From a virus (lineage: Duplodnaviria > Caudoviricetes): a stretch of 57,704 nucleotides of DNA. A model generated the notes under the pieces. That model made no database searches. It was not told the DNA's origin and was given only the letters and a program-made list of their open reading frames with translations. The stretch covers positions 1 to 57,704 of IMG/VR virus record IMGVR_UViG_3300032245_001105. The stretch is one strand, 5' to 3'. Below are positions 49,632-57,120 of the stretch, one piece after another. Positions within the stretch are counted from its first letter, which is position 1. Each line of letters starts with the position of its first letter. A program made the position numbers and the translations under genes.

Positions 49632-50486
49632 ATGGTGAATAATGCCGCTAGTAACCCTTTGTTCAAGCACTTTAGACAGCCTGCTGTTTATTTAAAGTTG
49701 CCCAGTGGAGGACAGTTTTACCCTGAAGGTACATTAGATTTCCCACCAACTGGCACAATCCCAATTTACCCAATGACCGTCAAGGATGAACTGACACTAA
49801 AAACACCCGACGCCTTGATGAACGGACAAGGCATGATCGATGTTATACACAGTTGTTGCCCAAACATCAAAGATGCATGGGCCATGCCTGCTGTGGATGT
49901 TGATGCCATACTGATTGCTATTAGATTGGCAAGTTATGGTGCAGAAATGGAAATATCCACCACCTGTAACAAATGTGGGGAGAATAACGAACACAATATT
50001 GCATTAAATCACTTGCTTGATAATTTTAAAATCACAGACTATAGCAAGCCTGCATTTTTCGACGACTTGAAGTTTCAGTTCAAACCACAGAGCTACAAAC
50101 ACATCAATGATTTAAATATAATCACTTACGAAGAACAACGCCTGGTAGACAGTGTTATAAGAAATGAAACATTGAGTGATGGCGAAAAGGCTACTAGATT
50201 CACAGAAAGTTTTAATAAACTCAAACAAATGAATGTGGACTCAATTGCTGTATGTATTGAAAGCATCACCGCCGAAGATCAAGATCCTGTTACAGATAGA
50301 AAGTTTATCACAGAGTATTTAGAAAATTGCAGTAGAGAATCCTACACAGCAATCAAGGAAAAAATTGACATTATCATAAAAGAAAACAAATTAGCCCCAA
50401 TGAAGCTGGCTTGTACTGAATGTGCGGCGGAATACGAATCAGGACTGGAGTTTAACCAATCAAATTTTTTCGGCAAAGGCTTTTGA
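49632..50486 (+). CDS. gp26: Baseplate hub subunit (gp26-like)
   Basis: YLKLPSGG.FY...PMTVKDE...D.DAILIAIR.ASYG...CNKCG...C-terminal CTEC...NFF. Confidence 0.85.
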   Translation: MVNNAASNPLFKHFRQPAVYLKLPSGGQFYPEGTLDFPPTGTIPIYPMTVKDELTLKTPDALMNGQGMIDVIHSCCPNIKDAWAMPAVDVDAILIAIRLASYGAEMEISTTCNKCGENNEHNIALNHLLDNFKITDYSKPAFFDDLKFQFKPQSYKHINDLNIITYEEQRLVDSVIRNETLSDGEKATRFTESFNKLKQMNVDSIAVCIESITAEDQDPVTDRKFITEYLENCSRESYTAIKEKIDIIIKENKLAPMKLACTECAAEYESGLEFNQSNFFGKGF

Positions 50487-50701
50487 TTCTTAGCAATGAA
50501 GAAATTGTCGCTTGGCTAGATAGCCTAGAAAACGATTCAAAAGCCCTAAAGAAAGAAATAATGCAGTTGTGTTGGTATATGAGAGGCAGTGTGTCATATA
50601 CCGAAGCCATGGAAATGAGTCCATCTGAAAGAGAAACCATAGTCAAGTTGGTCAAAGACAATTTGGAAACTGCCAAGAAATCTGGAATGCCATTCTTTTA
50701 A
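50483..50701 (+). CDS. gp51: Baseplate hub assembly protein (gp51-like)
   Basis: SVSYTEAMEMSPSERE motif; follows gp26. Confidence 0.65.
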   Translation: MILSNEEIVAWLDSLENDSKALKKEIMQLCWYMRGSVSYTEAMEMSPSERETIVKLVKDNLETAKKSGMPFF

Positions 50702-50706
50702 TAATC

Positions 50707-51243
50707 ATGAAAACCATTGTACTATTAGCCTTATACGACGAAGCTCCCAAAATGGCCGACTTGCCGTTTGTGTTTTACACCGGAGTAGGCAAAGTAAATG
50801 CGGCCGCAAAAGCCGCAGTATTGATAGAACGACACCGACCCCAACATGTCATCAACTTCGGCACTGCTGGCGGCATAACACAAAGCACCGGCTTTTACCA
50901 AGCCACTAGATTTGTACAACGCGACATGCTGTGTGAGAGCCTGGGATTTGGACCCGGACAAACACCATACGAAACCAATGCTGTTATTGAATTTGCCCCG
51001 GGACTAACTTGCAGTACCGGAGATGACTTTGTTGAAAATCCCTCGCTGGCAATACCTGCAGATCTAGTAGACATGGAAGCATATGCCATAGCCAAAGTAT
51101 GCCAATCAGCCCGTGTTCAATTCAGTTGTTATAAATTTGTAACCGATGCAGCCAACACCACAGCGGCCGATGAGTGGGGCAACCGAGTTGTGCATGGGCA
51201 AACCCATTACCTACTAAAATTAAGAGAATTGGGACTATATTAA
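50707..51243 (+). CDS. mtnN: 5'-methylthioadenosine / S-adenosylhomocysteine nucleosidase (PNP_UDP_1 family)
   Basis: TGVGKVNAA, VINFGTAGG, STGDDFV, VDMEAYAIA and KFVTD motifs. Confidence 0.85.
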   Translation: MKTIVLLALYDEAPKMADLPFVFYTGVGKVNAAAKAAVLIERHRPQHVINFGTAGGITQSTGFYQATRFVQRDMLCESLGFGPGQTPYETNAVIEFAPGLTCSTGDDFVENPSLAIPADLVDMEAYAIAKVCQSARVQFSCYKFVTDAANTTAADEWGNRVVHGQTHYLLKLRELGLY

Positions 51244-51756
51244 ATGAACTTGAAAAGCATAATTACAGAAACGCCCAATTGGCCCACTACAGGTGTTAAC
51301 TTTCTCGACATAACACCCATATTAGAAAACCCCAGTGTATTTGACTGGTGTATAGATCAATTGGTTGCTAGTGCCAAAACAGCAACCAGCATTGTTGCTG
51401 TGGAGAGTAGAGGATTTCCTATTGGAGCAGTACTAGCCAATAGGCTTGGTATCCCGCTGGTCTTGGTACGCAAACCCGGTAAATTACCTGGTGCTGTATA
51501 CTCAGAGAGCTACGCCACGGAATACAGCACAGACACCGTAGAGATCAAGCAGTCAGCTAATTTGGGTACACACCCCATGATCATTGATGATCTATTGGCC
51601 ACTGGTGGTACAGTTCGTGCAGTCGTGACATTACTTAAAAAGAATTTTAATCCAATTCAAGTATCATGTGGGGTACTAATTAATCTTAGTTTCTTGCCAG
51701 GCCAACAACTATTAAGAGATCTTCAAATAGATCTAACAAGTTTAGAAACATATTAA
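51244..51756 (+). CDS. apt: Adenine phosphoribosyltransferase
   Basis: PNWPTTGVNFLDITP, ESRGF, RKPGKLPG and PRPP-binding IIDDLLATGGT motifs. Confidence 0.92.
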   Translation: MNLKSIITETPNWPTTGVNFLDITPILENPSVFDWCIDQLVASAKTATSIVAVESRGFPIGAVLANRLGIPLVLVRKPGKLPGAVYSESYATEYSTDTVEIKQSANLGTHPMIIDDLLATGGTVRAVVTLLKKNFNPIQVSCGVLINLSFLPGQQLLRDLQIDLTSLETY

Positions 51757-52196
51757 GATCTCTAACGAGATCTGTTGTTTCGCTTGCGCTCACAACACTA
51801 TTCTCTGACTTTAGTATCATCCAGATTAATCGGTCACACTTTGCCCGTACAGGGCAAAGATAGCATCATCCGAGTAGCACGATCACTAGTATTAGAACTA
51901 CAAAGGTCTATAATTCACTATAAACTATTTCACAGGCGGTTGTCCGGTACCTGCTCATTCTGTCTTTTCACAACGGCGGATCGACGATAACATACTAGCG
52001 TAATTGTCGACCGTGTACGATCACTCGTACGTCTTTTCAGCCTTAAACATTTTCTTCAAACAATCAAACCGCGGCAATTAGCGATCTTCGTCCTGTCAAG
52101 GATAGTGATTGAGTGCTCTGTACGGCGCAGAGTCTTCCGTCCCAGTGACCCGAGGTCCTGTTTTCTTGGGCACACGTTTTTAGACTTGTGCGAGTC
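51757..52196 (-). ncRNA. Candidate ~440-nt highly structured non-coding RNA downstream of the GIY-YIG gene
   Basis: Longest non-coding gap in the window. More than 10 stems found by eye, a GUGA GNRA tetraloop, G-U pairs favouring the minus strand, a pseudoknot and internal repeats. Confidence 0.7.
51812..51886 (-). repeat. Two 26-nt direct repeats GTGAYC-N9-GGATGATRCTA separated by an 8-bp hairpin
   Basis: Copies at 51861-51886 and 51812-51837; hairpin CTTTGCCC-N5-GGGCAAAG at 51839-51859. Confidence 0.85.
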
Positions 52197-52628
52197 TTAA
52201 CCGTTTAACTTTTTTATGTGGGAGCCATGGACACGAACAGAGATTTGTCCGTTGTAATAATCTTGTGATTCTAGCACTTTGTGTGTGAATTGTTCTCTTG
52301 CTTCGATGTAACTGCATTCAGCTTTGGAGCGACAGTAATACATGATTTCTCGTGTAAACTGATCTGTGCCTAATGCCGCAACGTCTCGATTCAATTCTTC
52401 GTTTGAGCCATAATATGTTTGCCAATCAGAATCAATTTTGCTTCTGATCTTCTTCTTTTTCTTTGTGCCGTTTTTAAGTTTTACTACTTTGTATGTTGTC
52501 TTTGCGAATTTTGATAATTTTTTACCTATGTATTTGCGCCCTGATACACGATTCGTTATGATATAAACGAAGCCCACGCAGTCTTCTGGTAAAGTCTCTA
52601 CTGGGTTTCCTTGATATAGCCATGACAT
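52197..52628 (-). CDS. Stand-alone GIY-YIG (Seg-like) nuclease domain protein
   Basis: GFVYIITN...KYIGKK, YYGS, conserved E (YIEAREQ) and YYN. Lys-rich insert. No C-terminal DNA-binding domain. Confidence 0.85.
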   Translation of the reverse strand: MSWLYQGNPVETLPEDCVGFVYIITNRVSGRKYIGKKLSKFAKTTYKVVKLKNGTKKKKKIRSKIDSDWQTYYGSNEELNRDVAALGTDQFTREIMYYCRSKAECSYIEAREQFTHKVLESQDYYNGQISVRVHGSHIKKLNG

Positions 52629-52647
52629 GTAATATAATTATGACAAG

Positions 52648-53652
52648 TTACCATGATGTTGAATATTCTTGATTTACTATGTTTTTGTTGCATTTTTGTT
52701 GACATTCCTGCCATTTGAAAGCCTTAAAGTCATCGTCCCAAAATGGGTCAGTGACTGCATCTGTTAAGGTCCTATGATGCAGATTGAATTGTTCGGCTAG
52801 AGTCTGCCATTCTGTGTTATGACTGTAGCGATTTGCTACCCAGCAACAGGGAAACAGTCTACCTCTAGCATCAATGTAAAGTCCTTTATTACCAATTTCA
52901 CACAAGGGCTTGACATTGTTTTGTATTATAACATCTTTGTATAATTGTATGTTAGTTTCTGAAATTGTAGTAGTTCTATTGGTAAAATCTGTAACATCTC
53001 GTTCAAATCTATGACTAGAGCTGACAAATCGAACGCTGGGTTGCAATGGATCGTCTATACCGTATGACGGATAAACGCTACCAAACTTGGTACTGCGGGT
53101 AAGTTGGAAACGATCAACGCCCAGTGTCTTGGCCATGGTTTGCATACGATCTAAACGATCTTCGTTAAATCGAAACGCAATAGCGGCCCATACAATAGTA
53201 CAAGGACTTGCGGCCCTTAAGGTCTGTAAACCTGCAACAATACTGTCATAATCGCTGTTTACACGGTATAAGTTGTTGCTTACATCGTCATATCCGTCAA
53301 TGCTAAAATGTACACTGTCTTGTTCTGTTAGTGCTTGACCAAGCTGTTGCCACCATTCGATCTTTTTGTGTGATCCGTTTGTAATGATAACAATCTCAAC
53401 AGGCTTTATACTCTTGATGTATTCTATAACAGGAATCAAATCATGTGCATAAATGGGATCACCATCATCTCCGCAGAACGTGATCTTCTCTACATTTGCT
53501 TTTATAAACTCAGGTGTAAAGTTGCGCTTGAAAAACTCCAAGTCTAATTCGGTGTTGACCAGTGTATCGGGAACTTCTTGACGGGCACAGCGAGGACAGC
53601 GCAAGGTGCACTTACTGCTGATTTCAATGTGAAAGTGCCAAGTTGCTAACAT
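52648..53652 (-). CDS. Radical SAM enzyme with C-terminal SPASM/twitch-like Cys cluster (start MLATWH)
   Basis: CTLRCPRC; FCGDDGDP; TNGS; FSIDG; C...YIDARGRLFPCCW...CQQKC. Confidence 0.9.
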   Translation of the reverse strand: MLATWHFHIEISSKCTLRCPRCARQEVPDTLVNTELDLEFFKRNFTPEFIKANVEKITFCGDDGDPIYAHDLIPVIEYIKSIKPVEIVIITNGSHKKIEWWQQLGQALTEQDSVHFSIDGYDDVSNNLYRVNSDYDSIVAGLQTLRAASPCTIVWAAIAFRFNEDRLDRMQTMAKTLGVDRFQLTRSTKFGSVYPSYGIDDPLQPSVRFVSSSHRFERDVTDFTNRTTTISETNIQLYKDVIIQNNVKPLCEIGNKGLYIDARGRLFPCCWVANRYSHNTEWQTLAEQFNLHHRTLTDAVTDPFWDDDFKAFKWQECQQKCNKNIVNQEYSTSW

Positions 53653-54521
53653 AGTGGTACATCTCGTTGCCATTGCCCTGTGAAGTTGGACTGGTTATTG
53701 ACGGTGCTACAGGTTTCTCGACAAATGGGATTACAGTCGTTGGTGTTCCAAGATGCTGTTATAGCATCAAAGTCATTGACAGTATTTTCGCCATACCCCA
53801 GCCAACAGCAGGGATGAAATATACCCTTTGCACTAAGATACAAGCTCTGATCCCGATTTCTAAAACAATCAATTGGACCTTGTTCTACAACAGGACGAGT
53901 CCAACCTCGGGGCGGCTTGAGCCAGTTGACAGTGGGCTCGCGTTTGCTGACTTTGGCACGGAACCAACCAAAGCCCATGTCCTTTGCCAACTGCTCGCAG
54001 GCAGCGACTTGGTGTTCGTTGTGTTCGTAAACCAACATATCCCATTGAGCATTACCTCCAGCACGAATAAATGTTTCTGCATTACGCATCACTCGGTCCC
54101 AACTAACATTCTTACGATAGATATGATTGGTGTCTTCTAAGCCGTCGATGCTAAACACCACATAGTCAGTGGGCTTGTGCAGTACATTGGCTAAATCGGC
54201 CCACCAATGCGTTGCTTGTAGTCCGCCGTTGGTATTCATGCCCAACACAATGCTACTGTTTACTTCTCTAACATACGACAGGATAGACTTGGATGTTTCA
54301 TTCGCAGCCGGGTCTCCGTAGTTACCGCACATAAACAGTTTGTCTAGTCTGTAAATGATTTTCTCAGGCACCGTGTTCTTAAACTCTTGTAGACTTAATT
54401 TGTGCTGAACATGTTTATTAAACGCGGGATCTGTTTCGCGGGCACAGCTAGGGCAGGCCGCTTGACATACATCAGTCGGCTCTACATGCAGTACTCTAAC
54501 AGTTTCAAACAATTTCGACAT
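53646..54521 (-). CDS. Radical SAM enzyme with SPASM/twitch-like Cys cluster (start MSKLFE)
   Basis: CQAACPSC; MCGNYGDP; TNGG; FSIDGL; C...GIFHPCCW...CRETC. Confidence 0.9.
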   Translation of the reverse strand: MSKLFETVRVLHVEPTDVCQAACPSCARETDPAFNKHVQHKLSLQEFKNTVPEKIIYRLDKLFMCGNYGDPAANETSKSILSYVREVNSSIVLGMNTNGGLQATHWWADLANVLHKPTDYVVFSIDGLEDTNHIYRKNVSWDRVMRNAETFIRAGGNAQWDMLVYEHNEHQVAACEQLAKDMGFGWFRAKVSKREPTVNWLKPPRGWTRPVVEQGPIDCFRNRDQSLYLSAKGIFHPCCWLGYGENTVNDFDAITASWNTNDCNPICRETCSTVNNQSNFTGQWQRDVPLC

Positions 54522-56274
54522 CAGTATTGTAAGTGGTAAATCCGTTTTCTTTAACCACATGGAGTGTGTTGTTCACCCGTCCTGACAATTCATCTTTGTG
54601 ACTTACTAGCCAAATTGATTTGTTGCTGTCACGGCTCATTTTCTTTAGAATAGCAAGACTGTTTTCGACACCCGAACTATCCATGCCTGAATCAACAAGT
54701 TCATCGATGAACAACAAGTTAATGGGTTGATATAGACTTTCCCATACATCACGGAATGCCCATGATAAACTCAATATAAGTCTATTGCGTTCACCACGCG
54801 ATAAATTGTCAAAGTCCAAATCTCTACCTAGTTCACTGATTGCTACAGTTAAATCGTTGTTGAACTTGACAGTATGCGGCAAGCCGATACGATCCAAGTA
54901 CTGTCCCAGGCGAGCATTCAAATAACTTAGGTTCTGATCAATAATACGCTTACGGATAAAACTGTCTTTGTTGGTCAATAATTTAAGCAAGAACTCTTGG
55001 TGATCCTTTAAACTTGCCAACTCGTTCATGGTACTGAAATCAATTTCTTCTAGGGCTTGTTCACTCATGTCGGTAATTTGATCAGCGTATGGATCTGCTT
55101 CTGCTTCTTTGGCAGTTAGTTGTGCCAACACACTGGCCATGCTACTACGATGTTCAAATGCATCACTTTCTCGATCGTAAAATACTTCGGGTCTTGAACC
55201 TAAAGCACCCAAGGCCTTTAGTGAGTCGGTATGTTCTATCCATTGTGTATTTGTTGCCAAGGACTGTAGTGCGGCTTCTTGTAAATCTTTTTTCTTTTGT
55301 GCCAGCACAGCTTCTTGTTTAGAATCATGAAATCCTTGACCACACGCATGACATGTATGATTTTCTAAACTTTCAATTTCTACTTTGAGTGTTTCAATTA
55401 GTTTTTGTTCACGACGCTCATCTAGCTCACAGCGTTTGATCCACGAGTTTAAATCATTAATTTTTTTACTTTTTTCATTATAAGCAGACAATGCAAGATG
55501 CGCCGCCAGCTCTGCTTCGATGTCGATTCGACTTAGTTCATCAAACGCCGATTGGAACCGAGCAACATCTTCGTTGTGCTTGGCTTGCCACATGCGCTGA
55601 CGCTTACGCAAGTTTTCAATCTGTTCTTCAATGCGTTTATTTGCATCGCCTACAGCCTTGATGCGGAATTCCTCGGCAGTAATGGCATCCTTGGTGGCCT
55701 TGCCTAGTTCTTTAAGACGTTCGGCTTTTTCACTTAGTAGGGTAATACCCAATAACTGCTCAATGATGGTTCGTTGATCATTGGCTTTTAAACTTAGAAA
55801 AGGCTCGGTATAGGTATTGAGCGCCACAATGTGCTTGAACATGTCATGACTCATGCCCAACATGCGCTCAATTTCGGCTTGGGTTTCTCTTGAATCGCCT
55901 TGACTATCGTCGGTGATTTCTTTTTCGTTGCCGCTGATCCAGAATTTCATAATGCCGGGTTTGCGACCACGCTCGATACGATAGTCAACACCCCCAACTT
56001 CAAAATCAATACAAACCAACATGCCTTTGCTGTTGGTCTTGTTGATCAGATTGTCTTTTTTAATGTTGGTTAGGGCGTTGCCGTAAAGGGCATAGGACAG
56101 CGCATTTATAATTGTTGTCTTCCCGGTCCCGTTACGAGCTCCTGAGTCATCGCCCCCTAGGTCTAGGTTTTCACCCAACACCAAGGTCAAGTCTCTGCGA
56201 TCAAAGTTAACCGCTTGTGTGGTATTGCCCACACTCATGAAGTTTTTTACAGTTAAGTCTTTTATTTTAAACAT
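54505..56274 (-). CDS. gp46: Recombination endonuclease ATPase subunit (SbcC/Rad50-like)
   Basis: NGTGKTT Walker A, CHAC zinc hook, LSRGE signature, LLFIDE Walker B, VSH. Confidence 0.95.
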   Translation of the reverse strand: MFKIKDLTVKNFMSVGNTTQAVNFDRRDLTLVLGENLDLGGDDSGARNGTGKTTIINALSYALYGNALTNIKKDNLINKTNSKGMLVCIDFEVGGVDYRIERGRKPGIMKFWISGNEKEITDDSQGDSRETQAEIERMLGMSHDMFKHIVALNTYTEPFLSLKANDQRTIIEQLLGITLLSEKAERLKELGKATKDAITAEEFRIKAVGDANKRIEEQIENLRKRQRMWQAKHNEDVARFQSAFDELSRIDIEAELAAHLALSAYNEKSKKINDLNSWIKRCELDERREQKLIETLKVEIESLENHTCHACGQGFHDSKQEAVLAQKKKDLQEAALQSLATNTQWIEHTDSLKALGALGSRPEVFYDRESDAFEHRSSMASVLAQLTAKEAEADPYADQITDMSEQALEEIDFSTMNELASLKDHQEFLLKLLTNKDSFIRKRIIDQNLSYLNARLGQYLDRIGLPHTVKFNNDLTVAISELGRDLDFDNLSRGERNRLILSLSWAFRDVWESLYQPINLLFIDELVDSGMDSSGVENSLAILKKMSRDSNKSIWLVSHKDELSGRVNNTLHVVKENGFTTYNTDVEIV

Positions 56275-56277
56275 ATA

Positions 56278-57120
56278 TTATTTGCCACAATGGTAAAGAC
56301 ATTGTCGTCTGGGATTGGGTAATTCACTCGCAATGTCTGGTAATTGGTTCAACGCATCAAAACTTAAACTGGTGTTAAAAAAGCAACAGGTGCTTAACTT
56401 ACCGTTGGCATTCAAGTATACACTAGGCTGTGACAAATGTCGACAATCTTGGGCAGTTACAGTTAAATTAGTTTTTTCATACTTGCTAAATTTTTGATTC
56501 TCTTCCCACGGATCTATCACATAAGGTTCACCAGTGCGCCAATTGCGAGCATTGAAATCTCTACGAACATTTCGCACAAACTCAAAACGACTAAACCCCA
56601 GGTCTTGACTCATTTTGATACATTTTAGTATTTGATGTTGATTGTGCTTCCATGGAATGAACTGCCAAACAGCAACACCGCCTTGATTTATAAAAACTGT
56701 TGCGTTGTTGATTATGGTATCAAAATCTGTACCTTGTCTATAAATAGCATGAGTGTCGGCTAGGCCATCTAAGCAGAACCATACTTCATGATCATGCCCT
56801 TTGAGAATATTGGCAAATTGTGCCCACCACACATCATTTCTTAGACTACCGTTGGTTCTTAATATGACTTTTGGCACATGTCGTTTTGCAATTTCTACCA
56901 AGGTTTTTATATTGTGTGCGGCAACAGCATCGCCGTAGGTGCCGCAAAAATCAACAACTTCCAAATGGGGCATTGATTTTACATGCTGTTCAAAAATGTT
57001 TTCATCTAGATCTTCGAGCACCAAGCCATCGGCCAATTCATACCCGCCCTTGCTTCTTCCACATCCAGGACACCAAGCATTACATTTGGTTGTGGCTTCT
57101 ACCTGTAACCACTTGTGCAT
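56278..57120 (-). CDS. Radical SAM enzyme with SPASM/twitch-like Cys cluster
   Basis: CNAWCPGC; FCGTYGD; TNGS; FCLDGL; C...YLNANGKLSTCCF...CLYHC. Confidence 0.9.
   Translation of the reverse strand: MHKWLQVEATTKCNAWCPGCGRSKGGYELADGLVLEDLDENIFEQHVKSMPHLEVVDFCGTYGDAVAAHNIKTLVEIAKRHVPKVILRTNGSLRNDVWWAQFANILKGHDHEVWFCLDGLADTHAIYRQGTDFDTIINNATVFINQGGVAVWQFIPWKHNQHQILKCIKMSQDLGFSRFEFVRNVRRDFNARNWRTGEPYVIDPWEENQKFSKYEKTNLTVTAQDCRHLSQPSVYLNANGKLSTCCFFNTSLSFDALNQLPDIASELPNPRRQCLYHCGK

Noticed and set aside
51812-51886. CRISPR mini-array or bona fide TIGR array
   Set aside because: Only two units with 9-nt variable cores, and no cas or Nop-domain gene recognised in the window. Reported only as an architectural analogy.
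51775-51990. 71-aa plus-strand ORF in the apt/GIY-YIG gap
   Set aside because: TTG start, no RBS and no protein-like features. The region is better explained by RNA structure on the opposite strand.
51757-52196. Group I/II intron, RNase P, tmRNA or hammerhead identity for the structured region
   Set aside because: No recognisable P7 (R/S) elements, domain V, GAGGAAAGUCC, tRNA-like ends or CUGANGA/GAAA core. The flanking genes are intact and convergent, so nothing is interrupted. A covariance-model search is still needed to exclude these firmly.
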